64,000 nucleotides of DNA from Chloroflexota bacterium (GTDB lineage Bacteria; Chloroflexota; Anaerolineae; UBA1429): assembly GCA_036774405.1 (NCBI GenBank), contig DAIPBO010000001.1, forward strand, positions 22,968-86,967. Direction: 5' to 3'. The notes below the pieces were generated by a model. The model saw only the letters and a program-made list of their open reading frames with translations. It had not been told where the DNA came from and searched no databases. Positions 44,760-54,336 of this stretch are shown here, in pieces. How positions within the stretch are numbered: the stretch's first letter is position 1; every line of letters begins with the position of its first letter. Position numbers and translations under genes: made by a program.

Positions 44760-45728
44760 CTAGCCGTCTACGCGAATGCGCGGGTCGATGAGCGCATACG
44801 ATATGTCGGCGATCAGGTTGCAGACCACTACCAGACTCGAAACCAACAAGATGATGCCCATCAGCACCGGATAGTCCACCCAGTTCGCATGTTCCCAGTA
44901 CATGCGCCCCATGCCGGGCCAGGCAAACACCTGCTCGGTGATCAGCGCGCCACTAAACAGGAAAGGAATGTCGAGCATCACCAGGGTAACCAGAGGGATG
45001 ATGGCGTTCTTGAAGGCGTGTCGCCACAACACCACGCGCTCGCTGAGCCCCTTGGCTCGCGCGGTACGCACATAGTCTTGCGAGATGACCTCGAGCATGC
45101 TCGAGCGCAGGTAGCGTGTGTACTTGGCGACCGAGCTCAACGACAACACGGTGACCGGCAAGACCAAATGCAGCAGCAGTTGCCCAAAGTTGCGGTCGCC
45201 CCGAATAGGATACATGCCTGCTGCCGGCAGGTAGGGCAATCCCGCTTCTCGCGCTTTGACCGCAAAGATGATGATGAGCATGAGTCCAAACCAGAACGTG
45301 GGCATGGCATAGCCAAAGAAAGAGAACCCGGTCACGAAATAGTCGCTGAATGAATACTGATGCGTGGCGGTATAGATGCCGAGTAGAAGCGAGATGGTCA
45401 GCGTCACCAGCAACGAGGTGAACATCAGAATAAGGGTGTTGCCCAGGCGCTCGCCGATCATGGTAAAGACGTCTTGATGCGTCAGGAACGACTGTCCCCA
45501 ATCGCCTTTGAGCGTGTTCCGTAGCCAGTAAAAGTACTGCACGGCCTTGGGCTTGTCGAAACCGTACGTCTTTTCGAGGCGGATGAGGTCTTCAGAGCTG
45601 ATATTGGGGTTGGAGACATAGATGGCCATCGGGTCGCCAGACGCCTGCACCAGGAAGAACGCCACCAGTGAAACGCCTAGCAGCACCGGGATAGAGATCA
45701 GCAGGCGCTTGACGATGTATCGGAACAT
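44760..45728 (-). CDS. ABC transporter permease (DppB/OppB family)
   Basis: MFRYIVKRLLISIPVLLGVSLVAFFLV. Paralogous to 32820-33893. Confidence 0.8.
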   Translation of the reverse strand: MFRYIVKRLLISIPVLLGVSLVAFFLVQASGDPMAIYVSNPNISSEDLIRLEKTYGFDKPKAVQYFYWLRNTLKGDWGQSFLTHQDVFTMIGERLGNTLILMFTSLLVTLTISLLLGIYTATHQYSFSDYFVTGFSFFGYAMPTFWFGLMLIIIFAVKAREAGLPYLPAAGMYPIRGDRNFGQLLLHLVLPVTVLSLSSVAKYTRYLRSSMLEVISQDYVRTARAKGLSERVVLWRHAFKNAIIPLVTLVMLDIPFLFSGALITEQVFAWPGMGRMYWEHANWVDYPVLMGIILLVSSLVVVCNLIADISYALIDPRIRVDG

Positions 45729-45754
45729 GCATGCCTCCGTGTTGATAAGGGTGG

Positions 45755-45784
45755 TGAGAGGGGGCCTGGTCGGCCCCCTCTCGA
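45755..45784 (-). terminator. intercistronic stem-loop between the solute-binding protein and permease genes
   Basis: GAGAGGGGGCC-5 nt-GGCCCCCTCTC 11-bp stem, 10 nt after the stop at 45795. Then an ACGGAGG Shine-Dalgarno sequence and ATG 45728. Confidence 0.45.
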
Positions 45785-45794
45785 GAGCCGCAGG

Positions 45795-47582
45795 TTATTC
45801 GACGACCTGCCACTCGGCGTAGCTGTAAGAATGCCCACCAAAGACGGTGGGGTTCACGCCTGTGACGCGGTCAGAAACGGCGAACACGTCGAGGCGATCA
45901 TACACATACAGCGTAAAGTAGTCGTTGTAGATGGTCTCTTGCGCGGCCTTGATGCACTCGACACGCGCTTCGGGGTCGAGTTCGTTCAAGGCGCAAGCCA
46001 TCTGCTCGTCCAGCGTCGGGTTCGAGTAACCCCAGGCGTTAGAGCCGGCGGGGTTGGTCTCACAATCCTTGATCGACGAGGTCAGGAAAAAGTCAGACCA
46101 TTCCTGCGCCAGGTCGATGCTGGCCGGGCTGTTGGTAAAGCCCATCACGTCAAAGTTGCTGGTGCCAAAGATGCCATCGGTGGCGCAGCCGCCAAAGAAG
46201 GTGGCCGACTGGTAGTTGTCGATGATCATCTCGACGCCGATGTCCTTGAGGTTCTGCTGGAAGAGCAGCTGCAGGTTCTCGCGCACCTGGTTGCCCGCGG
46301 TGGTCGAGTGCCGGAAGCTCAGGCGCACGCCATCCTTAACGCGGATGCCATCCTCACCCATTACCCAGCCGGCCTCATCGAGCAGGGCGGCCGCAGCCTC
46401 GGGGTCGTAAGGCACAGGCTCGAGATCAGTGTTCTGCCAGGGATGGTTGTCGAGCTCGGTGATGGCCACCTCGCCATAGCCCTGCAGAATGCCCGACACG
46501 GCAGACCAGCGGTCCATGCCCATCATGAGCGCCTTGCGAACACTGATGTCGCTAAAGATCGGGTGTGGCTGCGTCAGGTCCTGAGGATCGCGCAGGTTGA
46601 AATAGTACCGCTCGATGCTCAAGCCGGGCAGGGCGATGACCTCGACGTTCTGCATCTTGACGATGTCAGCGATCTGGGTCTCGCGCAGATCATAGGCCAC
46701 ATCCACGTCGCCCGTGCGCAGCAGCGCCAGGAGCGTGTTCATGTCTGGCACGAACTTGAAGATGATCTCTTCGACCTTTGGCGGGATCGGGGCATCCGGG
46801 TTGGCCTTGACCACGATACGGTCGCCAGGGATCCACTCTTGGAACACAAACGGGCCGTTGCCCAGCGGGGCACGCGCAAATTCGCTGTTGCCCGGATCTG
46901 CCACACCCTCGAGGGCGTGCTTGGGCAAGATGGGGAAGACCAGCGTCGAGGCCACGAACGGCACATAAGACTCGGAGAGCGTGACCACGGCGGTGAGCTC
47001 ATCGATCACCTCGACGCTCTCGATCATATTCCAGCCCGCCGTCGTCTGCGACACGGTGGCCGGGTCCATGATGAACTCCCAGGTGAACTTGTAGTCTTCG
47101 GCGGTTACGGGCACGCCGTCATGCCAGGCAAAGCCGGGCTTGAACTTGAGCGTGATCGTCTTGCCGTCCTCAGAGACGCCACCGTTGTCGACTGTGGGCA
47201 CCTCTTCGAGCATCTGAGCGACCAGCTCGTCGTTCTCATCGGTGGTCACCGGTGTATAGTACATCGATGCACCGAGGTCGTTGGCATGGGCATCATAGAA
47301 GATGTTCCAGATCAAGCCCTTGGGCTCTTGCCAGACACCCACGACAACGGTTCCCTTGGGGGTGGTGTCCTCGGCCTTTTCGACCTCGACCACCTTCTCA
47401 ACGACCTTTTCGACCTCTTTTTCGACGACGACCGTCTCTTTGACGACCTTTTCGACCTCTTTTTCGATCACCTGTGGTTCGGGCGTCGTGCAGGCGCCGA
47501 GCACCAGGCTTGCCACCACGAGCATGGCAACGATCAGACCGGCTCTCTTGGACATTCTGTCTTCACTCCTCTGATTATCCAC
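45795..47582 (-). CDS. ABC transporter solute-binding lipoprotein, family 5 (peptide type), with KE-rich tether
   Basis: Signal peptide and LVLGAC lipobox. EKEVEKVVKETVVVEKEVEKVVEKVVEVEK low-complexity linker. Family-5 solute-binding fold. Confidence 0.8.
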   Translation of the reverse strand: MDNQRSEDRMSKRAGLIVAMLVVASLVLGACTTPEPQVIEKEVEKVVKETVVVEKEVEKVVEKVVEVEKAEDTTPKGTVVVGVWQEPKGLIWNIFYDAHANDLGASMYYTPVTTDENDELVAQMLEEVPTVDNGGVSEDGKTITLKFKPGFAWHDGVPVTAEDYKFTWEFIMDPATVSQTTAGWNMIESVEVIDELTAVVTLSESYVPFVASTLVFPILPKHALEGVADPGNSEFARAPLGNGPFVFQEWIPGDRIVVKANPDAPIPPKVEEIIFKFVPDMNTLLALLRTGDVDVAYDLRETQIADIVKMQNVEVIALPGLSIERYYFNLRDPQDLTQPHPIFSDISVRKALMMGMDRWSAVSGILQGYGEVAITELDNHPWQNTDLEPVPYDPEAAAALLDEAGWVMGEDGIRVKDGVRLSFRHSTTAGNQVRENLQLLFQQNLKDIGVEMIIDNYQSATFFGGCATDGIFGTSNFDVMGFTNSPASIDLAQEWSDFFLTSSIKDCETNPAGSNAWGYSNPTLDEQMACALNELDPEARVECIKAAQETIYNDYFTLYVYDRLDVFAVSDRVTGVNPTVFGGHSYSYAEWQVVE

Positions 47583-47712
47583 TGTCCAACTCGAGTTGTG
47601 CGACGGGCCATTGACATCATTGTCTGGGCAGGCAAATGATGCGCTCCTTCACCTCCACTTTGAACAGCATGGTCTCAAGATCAAGCAGCGATAGCGGTCT
47701 TGTGCGCCGCCG

Positions 47713-48924
47713 CTACCCCCTCTCGACAGGACGAACAAGCATGAGTTCGCGTTGGGGGGGCCAGAACCATTCGGCGCCCTGGGCGGTGATGAGCGCCTCT
47801 TCCTCGAGGCCGAAATAGCCCAGCTCACAAGTGATGCCCAGCTCGAGGGTGAGCAGCTGCCCCTCCTCTAGCGGCGTATGCGCCTGCTGGCCATACGATG
47901 GCCACGGCGGCGCCAGCATGGCGATGCCACCATCATGAGCATAGGTGCCGACATTGTGACCCAGCGCGTGCAAATACTCGGGATAGCCCCGCTCGGTGAG
48001 GTAACGCCGCGCAGCCGCATCTACCTCTTTGCCAGGGATGCCCGGCCGCAGCGCGTTAAACCCTGCCTGTATGGCGCCCACGACCGCTTCGAACGGCTCC
48101 ATGACGTCAGCAGGCGGCGCCGTCTCACCAGGGCGCAGCAGGTACCACATGCGCTGCTGATCGGACGAGTAGCCATTGAGTTTGACGCCAAAGTCGACAT
48201 TGAGGATATCGCCCGGCTGGATGATCACATCGGGCAGCGGGCCCACATGGCCTCGGCCCGTGTGAGGGCCCGCGTTCATGTTGGGGCACATGGCCGCCTC
48301 CCATGAGGGGCCAACGCCGAGCTCTGCCATGCGCTCGCGGAAAACGCCCGCCATCTCGGTTTCTGATAGGCCCGCTCTCAAGCGGGCGCCAAAGTAGTCG
48401 AACACATCTTGCGCCAGACGGCAAGCCTCACGGCAACGGTCCAGCTCGGCGGGCAGTTTGCGTTGGCGCAACCGCCCGATGAGTCCTTCGGCGCTCACGA
48501 GACACGTCGCACAGGGTGTGCCCGCCAGCATGGCCTCGAGCCTCAAGAACAACCCGTGAGACAGGCCATCGGCGGCCACGTTGTCGCTCGAATAGTTGAG
48601 GGCGATGCTCTTGGGGGCGAGCGTTTCCAGGATGGCGGGCAGCGTCTCCTCGACCACCTTGGTAAAGGGAACCACCTGCGTAAACAGCCCCGATCGCTCT
48701 AGAGTGGGCACATCGTGAACCACAGCCGTGGCGATGCGCTGCCCGTCAGCGGTGATCACGAATGCCGCCGGCCAGATCACCGCGAAATCCCACAGCAGCG
48801 CGGTGACAGGGTCAGGGTTGAGGGCTGTCTCGCGGACATAGATCAGCCAGGCATCGATACCGAGCTCGCGCAAGATGCCCGAGGCCTGTTCGAGTTTGCC
48901 CAGGTGCAGCATGTTGTCACTCAT
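47713..48924 (-). CDS. M24 family metallopeptidase (paralog of 42556-43740)
   Basis: Same domain pattern. Confidence 0.75.
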   Translation of the reverse strand: MSDNMLHLGKLEQASGILRELGIDAWLIYVRETALNPDPVTALLWDFAVIWPAAFVITADGQRIATAVVHDVPTLERSGLFTQVVPFTKVVEETLPAILETLAPKSIALNYSSDNVAADGLSHGLFLRLEAMLAGTPCATCLVSAEGLIGRLRQRKLPAELDRCREACRLAQDVFDYFGARLRAGLSETEMAGVFRERMAELGVGPSWEAAMCPNMNAGPHTGRGHVGPLPDVIIQPGDILNVDFGVKLNGYSSDQQRMWYLLRPGETAPPADVMEPFEAVVGAIQAGFNALRPGIPGKEVDAAARRYLTERGYPEYLHALGHNVGTYAHDGGIAMLAPPWPSYGQQAHTPLEEGQLLTLELGITCELGYFGLEEEALITAQGAEWFWPPQRELMLVRPVERG

Positions 48925-50102
48925 TGTGCGCGCTCCGCCAGCCGTAACGCTGTGGCGGCCATCACGGCCACGCCCAGCACCAGGCCCTGTTCGTCGAGGT
49001 CAAAGGTTTCACTGTGGTGGGGGCGCAACGGTCCTGGCAAAGCCACACCTGTCTGGAACATGGCTCCCGGCACCGCTGCGGCCATCAGGCTGAAATCCTC
49101 GGCGCCCATCGAGGGCTCCATCGATCCCACAGCGCCTTCGCCGGCCAGCTCACGGGCAACTTGCACAATGGTCTCGGCAACAACGGCATTGTTGTGTGTG
49201 GCGGGGTAACCGCCGTCGATGCGCAGTGTATAGTCGCCGCCCAGCGCGCGCGCCACGCTCAGAGCACGGTCGAGCTCGCTCCAAAGCAGATCGCGCACGG
49301 CGGGGCTATAGGCGCGCAACGTGCCGGCCAGCGTCACCCTCTCAGGGATGACATTGCCGGCCAGGCCGCTGTGCACCGCACCGATGGTCACCACCGCTGG
49401 CTCTTGTGGTTTGACGCGTCGCGCCACGATGCCCTGCACAGCAGGAATCACCTGCCCCAGCAGAAAAATCGGATCGATGCTCTGATGGGGGTAGGCTCCG
49501 TGGGCGCCGCGGCCTGTAATGGTCGCCTCAAAGGCGTCGGCCGACGCCATGATGTACCCTGGTGAGATGCGAATCTGGCCCACAGGCACGTCGCTGTGGA
49601 CGTGCTGGCCGATGACATAGTCGAGGCCTTCTAGGGCGCCCTCTTCGAGCATGCGCATGGCGCCGCTCTTTCCGTCGGCGTCCTGGTTCTCTTCGCTGGG
49701 CTGCAACAGAAAGCGAAACTCGGCGGCAGGGCGGTCTGTCAGCTCGGCCAGCAGCCGCGCAGCGCCCAGCACAACGGTCATGTTGCCATCATGGCCGCAG
49801 GCGTGCATCACTCCCTCGCGCCGCGAGGTATGCGGCATGTCGTTGGCTTCGACGATGGGGAGCGCGTCCATATCGCCCCGCAAGCCAATGGCTGGCCGGC
49901 CTGTGCCCAAGGCGCCTACCAAGCCGGTCTTGGCCACACCAGTGCGCACTTTGACACCCACGGCCTCAAGCGTGCTCGCGAGGTAGGCGGCTGTCTCATG
50001 TTCCTGAAACCCCAGCTCTGCCCGCTGATGCAGGTCTCGTCGCCACCGAAGCAGCTCGGGTGCCAGGGCCTGGGCCCGCGCCATCAATTGTGCAGGTTGC
50101 AT
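48921..50102 (-). CDS. M20D family amidohydrolase (N-acyl-amino-acid/dipeptide hydrolase type)
   Basis: RRDLHQRAELGFQEHET, GLRGDMDALPI, HACGHD motifs. Start either ATG 50100-50102 (MQPAQL, Shine-Dalgarno sequence CAGGGAGAG) or ATG 50133-50135. Confidence 0.75.
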   Translation of the reverse strand: MQPAQLMARAQALAPELLRWRRDLHQRAELGFQEHETAAYLASTLEAVGVKVRTGVAKTGLVGALGTGRPAIGLRGDMDALPIVEANDMPHTSRREGVMHACGHDGNMTVVLGAARLLAELTDRPAAEFRFLLQPSEENQDADGKSGAMRMLEEGALEGLDYVIGQHVHSDVPVGQIRISPGYIMASADAFEATITGRGAHGAYPHQSIDPIFLLGQVIPAVQGIVARRVKPQEPAVVTIGAVHSGLAGNVIPERVTLAGTLRAYSPAVRDLLWSELDRALSVARALGGDYTLRIDGGYPATHNNAVVAETIVQVARELAGEGAVGSMEPSMGAEDFSLMAAAVPGAMFQTGVALPGPLRPHHSETFDLDEQGLVLGVAVMAATALRLAERAQ

Positions 50103-50136
50103 ATCTCTCCCTGTCTGCAGTGGTCTGATGACCATC

Positions 50137-50177
50137 AGAAGGATACAAAGAGAACAGGCCCCTCAGATGGGGCCTGT
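50137..50177 (-). terminator. terminator-like hairpin plus U-rich tract in the leader immediately before the M20 start codon
   Basis: Minus strand ACAGGCCCC-AUCUGA-GGGGCCUGU followed by UCUCUUUGUAUCCUUCU, ending at ATG 50135. Confidence 0.45.
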
Positions 50178-50329
50178 GCCACGCAGAGGATCCAGCCAGT
50201 GACCGCCATCCGAACCGCTGCTTTGCGGCGCACAGGCGCTGGTTGTGGCCTGTGGGGCTTGCGCTGTCACTGCGCTACTTGGTCACCGTCAGCAACCGTG
50301 GCGCGGCGTTGACGATGACCGATGGGGTC

Positions 50330-50358
50330 AGTCTAGCGGATTGCAGAGGGGGCGTCAA
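50330..50358 (-). promoter_or_regulatory. promoter of the peptide utilisation operon (TTGACG-17-TAGACT)
   Basis: Minus strand: -35 50353-50358, -10 50330-50335. Predicts a 5' leader of about 190-220 nt. Confidence 0.5.
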
Positions 50359-50404
50359 GTTGCGGCGCACAGCTACAGCCAGTTGCCTCCGCGCTTTGGC
50401 CGTT

Positions 50405-51259
50405 TCAGGCTGGCGCAACGAACGAGACACCCACCATCCCCGAGCCGGTGTGCACCGAAAGGCCTGGCATAAGCTCGCAGATCAGGATGCTCTCGGGGCA
50501 GTTGAGGCTGGCGCGCAGCTCGGCTTCGAACTCGCGCGCATCGTCAGCGGCGGCGGCATGCAGCACGGCCATCTGGGCTGGACAGCCACCGTTGAGCCGC
50601 TCGCTGGCCAGCTCGATGACGCGCGCCCACGAGCGTTTGCGGGTGCGCGACTTTTCGAGGAGATCGAGTTTCCCGTTGCGCACCGTGAGGATGGGGCGGA
50701 TGTTGAGCACCGTGCCCGCCATGGCGGCGAACTGACTCACGCGCCCCCCCAGGGCCAGATACTTGAGTGTGGCAAGGGCTCCGAACAGATGGGCATGCGC
50801 GCTGGTCTCCATAGCGGCGGCCAGTGCCTGTTCAACCGAGGCGCCCTGCGCGGCTGCCCTGGCAGCAGCCAATACCATGAACCCCTGGCCCATGGAGATC
50901 TGCCGCGTGTCTACCACGGTGATGTTGCGCCCACTGAACTCGCTGGCGGCGAGTTGTGCGGCCTGGCAGGTGCCACTCACCTCTGATGAGATATTGAGGC
51001 AAAGAATACCGTCGGCCCCACCTGCCAGCGCCGCCTCAAAGGCAGCGGCAAACTCGCCGGGCGAGGGCGCGGCCGTCTGCGGCAGGCTGCCTTCGCGGTC
51101 GATGCGGGCGAACAGGGTCGTAGCGTCGATGTCGTAGCCATCGCGAAAGGTCTCGTTGCCAAAGCGAATGCTGATAGGCACCTGCACGATGCCGTGCTGC
51201 TCTGCCACGTCAAAGGGCAGGCTGCTGTCAGTGTCGGTGATCACGGCGATCCTGGGCAT
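50405..51259 (-). CDS. DegV family fatty-acid-binding protein
   Basis: MPRIAVITDTDSSLP N-terminus and DegV fold pattern. Confidence 0.8.
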   Translation of the reverse strand: MPRIAVITDTDSSLPFDVAEQHGIVQVPISIRFGNETFRDGYDIDATTLFARIDREGSLPQTAAPSPGEFAAAFEAALAGGADGILCLNISSEVSGTCQAAQLAASEFSGRNITVVDTRQISMGQGFMVLAAARAAAQGASVEQALAAAMETSAHAHLFGALATLKYLALGGRVSQFAAMAGTVLNIRPILTVRNGKLDLLEKSRTRKRSWARVIELASERLNGGCPAQMAVLHAAAADDAREFEAELRASLNCPESILICELMPGLSVHTGSGMVGVSFVAPA

Positions 51260-51333
51260 GGTTTTCCCTCGCCTAACGTGTTATCGAGCTGTATATCCTA
51301 ACACGCCGCACTGCGTCGGGTTACGACAGGGCT

Positions 51334-52110
51334 CTAGGCCCTTCGTGCCACCACGATGTCTCGCGGTGTTTCGACGGTTGGCTCCAACGCCATCTCTCGC
51401 CCGTAAAAGCCCAGTGGCTCCAGGCCGGCTGTGGACAACATGCGGCGCATTTCGGGCACGGTGTGGCAGCGGATGCGCTCGTCGGCAGTATAGTAGCCCG
51501 GCTCGGACGAGGGGCGTAGCATCGTGCCGTCGTCCTGGATGATGGCAATCCATCCGCAGCTGGTGCTGGTCTCATAGTCGAACCAGTCCTCAGTCAGCTG
51601 CAACCCCTGCCTGACGCGTCGCCAGGAGCGCTCGCGCCGTGGCCTGGCGGGCGGGCATAGATACATGATGAACGCCCTGCCGCCCGGCTTGAGGGCACGT
51701 GTGATCTTGCATAGCAGCGCCTGGTCGCCCTCATCGCCAAAGAACCCGAACGAGCCCGACAGCACCAGCACGGCATCGAACTCGCCGTTAAAGGCGATCT
51801 CGCGCATGTCGTCGCAGATGAACTCACCACGCAGCCCCTCACGCTCAGAGCGCTCACGGGCATAGGCCACCAGCGGCGGCGCGATGTCGAGGCCCAGGAC
51901 GTCATACTCTCTCGCGGCGAACAACGCCGCCTGGTCGCCGCCGCCGCAGCCCAGGTCGAGCAGGCGCATGCCGGGTTGCAGCTCGCAGGTCTGCTCGATA
52001 AAGGCTACCAGTTGCGCATCCCAGTCAGAGATGCCAGGAATGGCGTGGCGATGCTCTATTCGCCAGTAGTAGGCCCAAAAGTCGCCCCAGCTTTGCTCGA
52101 TCACGCGCAT
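51334..52110 (-). CDS. class I SAM-dependent methyltransferase
   Basis: LLDLGCGGGDQAALFAAREYDVLGLDIAPPLV. Confidence 0.75.
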   Translation of the reverse strand: MRVIEQSWGDFWAYYWRIEHRHAIPGISDWDAQLVAFIEQTCELQPGMRLLDLGCGGGDQAALFAAREYDVLGLDIAPPLVAYARERSEREGLRGEFICDDMREIAFNGEFDAVLVLSGSFGFFGDEGDQALLCKITRALKPGGRAFIMYLCPPARPRRERSWRRVRQGLQLTEDWFDYETSTSCGWIAIIQDDGTMLRPSSEPGYYTADERIRCHTVPEMRRMLSTAGLEPLGFYGREMALEPTVETPRDIVVARRA

Positions 52111-53219
52111 GAACTCGCCTCCAGCCAGCCCAGTGGCACGTGCAACAGAGTGAGTGCCGCCATGGTAAAGCGCTCATCGGGCGCCAGGCCGCGCTCATAA
52201 AGGCAGAGCACGGCATCAACACGCTGTACAGCCAGGTCAGCATAGCCAGCAAGGCCTCTATCGAGTGTGCACGCCACAGGCCAGGTGGAGCCCTCGTCGT
52301 ATGATGCCCGCAGTGTCAGGTTGCTGCGAGAGTGAGCCTCTTGCCCGAGGGCGCTTGCGTCGGGGCTGACGAACAACAAGCACCCCGGCCTGTCATCGGT
52401 CGGCAGGCTGTGGCGTACCATGCTGGCAAAGCAGCGCGGTTCATACAACGCCTCATCGAACCCAGGGGGCGACCAGTGCTCGCCGCCGTCGTCACTCAGA
52501 GCGACGGCCCGTTGTCGCCGCTCGCTCAGGTGGCGCATGTTCAGCAGCAGGCCGCCGTCGGCCAGCTCGACCACCGTCGCCTCATTGCAGTTGGGGATCG
52601 TATCTGCCACCAGTCTGCCCACTTGCCAACTCTGGCCATGGTCGTCAGAGTAGATGGTGGCCGTGCGGCTGGGCTGATGCGCCTGGGTGTGCGACAGCGA
52701 TACCCAGATGGGTGCCAGCAGCCTGCCGCTGGTCAGTTGGATGCCATGGCCGGGACCAACGGCCACAACGCCCCAGTCATACTGGGCGCGCAGTGGCTCG
52801 AGCGCCGCGGTGATCTCGACCGGCGCCCCCCAGGTGTGCCCGTCATCTTGGCTGATGCGTTGATACACGCGGCCATAGCTGTGGCAATAGAGCAGGTGCA
52901 CTCGCCCGGCCTGCCTGTCGGCCAGACAGACCGGGTTGTTGCAGGGCCCGGGCCCATGCTCGCGCCACGACGCCAGGCGCTGGGCTGCGCCCCAGGTGTG
53001 GCCGCCATCGTCGCTGCGTCGCAGCAAGATATCGCTGTTGGCCCAGTCGTTACCATCGCCGCGCCTGGCCTCGCAATAGGCTAACAGCGCGCCCTGCGGT
53101 GTTACGCATAGCCCGGGGATACGGTGATGCCAGTAGCCGCCCTGGCGAGCAACAAACAGGTCGTGGGCCTCGGGGTCGCCTGGCGCCAACCGTGCCTCTC
53201 CCAGACGAATGATTAGCAC
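52101..53219 (-). CDS. BNR/Asp-box repeat glycosidase (sialidase-like, GH33-like), no signal peptide
   Basis: HHRIPGLCVTPQGALLAYCEARRG (sialidase YRIP-like motif). Four SxDxGxTW Asp-boxes (SDDGGHTW, SQDDGHTW, SDDHGQSW, SDDGGEHW). Confidence 0.7.
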   Translation of the reverse strand: MLIIRLGEARLAPGDPEAHDLFVARQGGYWHHRIPGLCVTPQGALLAYCEARRGDGNDWANSDILLRRSDDGGHTWGAAQRLASWREHGPGPCNNPVCLADRQAGRVHLLYCHSYGRVYQRISQDDGHTWGAPVEITAALEPLRAQYDWGVVAVGPGHGIQLTSGRLLAPIWVSLSHTQAHQPSRTATIYSDDHGQSWQVGRLVADTIPNCNEATVVELADGGLLLNMRHLSERRQRAVALSDDGGEHWSPPGFDEALYEPRCFASMVRHSLPTDDRPGCLLFVSPDASALGQEAHSRSNLTLRASYDEGSTWPVACTLDRGLAGYADLAVQRVDAVLCLYERGLAPDERFTMAALTLLHVPLGWLEASSCA

Positions 53220-53228
53220 GCACCAGCC

Positions 53229-53744
53229 TTACCAGCGATCATGGTGCACGATCTGGTCCAGTGGCTTGCGCAAGCGGGGCGGTTTGCGTGCCTCGCTCGA
53301 GGGATAGCCAAGCGGCGTCATGGCCACGGGCTCGACGCCCTCGGGCAGCCCGAACTCTTCGCGCGCCGCGGCCGGGTCAAAGGCGCCGATCCAGCAGGTG
53401 CCCAGTCCCTCGGCCGTGGCCGCCAGCACCAACGTCTGAAAGGCGATGGCTGCATCGACGTCGGCATAGTTCTTGCCGTCAGAGCGCACCCAGGCGTTGC
53501 CGGGCACGGTGCAAACAACGGCCACATATGGGGCGGCCGTGAACCAGGCACGACCATAGACGCGCTTGAGCGCTTCCTCGCGACCGGCCGTCTTGACGAG
53601 CAAGAGGCCTAACGACTGGCGGTTGGCGGCTGTGGGCGCGGCGTTGAACGCTGCCGCAATGCGGTCCAGGGCTTCTGCCGGCACCTCACGGCTGGCATAA
53701 CTGCGTACGCTGTAGCGGGTCTCTAGGATGTCATACAGGTCCAC
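53229..53744 (-). CDS. nitroreductase family protein
   Basis: ILETRYSVRSYASREV N-terminal nitroreductase signature. Confidence 0.75.
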   Translation of the reverse strand: MDLYDILETRYSVRSYASREVPAEALDRIAAAFNAAPTAANRQSLGLLLVKTAGREEALKRVYGRAWFTAAPYVAVVCTVPGNAWVRSDGKNYADVDAAIAFQTLVLAATAEGLGTCWIGAFDPAAAREEFGLPEGVEPVAMTPLGYPSSEARKPPRLRKPLDQIVHHDRW

Positions 53745-53797
53745 GATGTCTTCCTTTCGGCATGTCTGAAGCTACTTTTGACACGATAGCCACTGGC

Positions 53798-54331
53798 TCA
53801 TAGTGGAATCTCAAGGTGAATATCAAGGGGTTCGAGCGCCATGAGTTCAGCGTCCACCTCGTGGGCCAGGCGCGCCCCCTGGCCATGATAAAAGGCCAAC
53901 GCCGAACTAAGCGGTGTCGCCGAGATGTAGAGGTAGCGCGCGCCCCGCTCTCGAGCCGCTGCCATACACTGCGCCATCAGCTGTGCGGCGATGCCCCGGC
54001 GGCGATAGGCCCGGTCGACCAACAGGAAACAGAGCTGGATGGTATCATGCTGGCTGCCGCGCAGCCGTGTGCCTACCTCGGCAACGCCGACCAGCTCATC
54101 GCCCGCAGACGCGCCGTACAAGATGGCCCCATCGTCGAGATGCCCGCCAATCATCTGCAGCGTAGACTCTAGCCATTCGCCCGACCACTGCGGAATCTGG
54201 ATGATACGCTCGTCGGCCACCAGCTCGCCGTCACGGAGCGCATACTCGGCCGAAACGGTCTCGCTGCGGTCGAGCGCCGCGATGCGTGGATGCCAGCTGG
54301 CATCTAGCACACGGTAGGCGATCTCGTCCAT
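53798..54331 (-). CDS. GNAT family N-acetyltransferase
   Basis: VDRAYRRRGIAAQLM acetyl-CoA binding motif. Start ATG 54329-54331 after GGAGGTGAG. Confidence 0.7.
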   Translation of the reverse strand: MDEIAYRVLDASWHPRIAALDRSETVSAEYALRDGELVADERIIQIPQWSGEWLESTLQMIGGHLDDGAILYGASAGDELVGVAEVGTRLRGSQHDTIQLCFLLVDRAYRRRGIAAQLMAQCMAAARERGARYLYISATPLSSALAFYHGQGARLAHEVDAELMALEPLDIHLEIPL

Positions 54332-54336
54332 GGCGC

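Noticed and set aside
45800-47450. KE-rich repeats (EKEVEKVV...) as a possible CRISPR or tandem DNA repeat.
   Set aside because: In-frame low-complexity linker of the solute-binding lipoprotein. No spacer-repeat architecture anywhere in the window.
50136-50330. T-box, glycine or ZTP riboswitch in the M20 operon leader.
   Set aside because: No AGGGTGGNACCGCG T-box core and no recognisable glycine or ZTP conserved cores by eye. Kept only as a generic structured leader.
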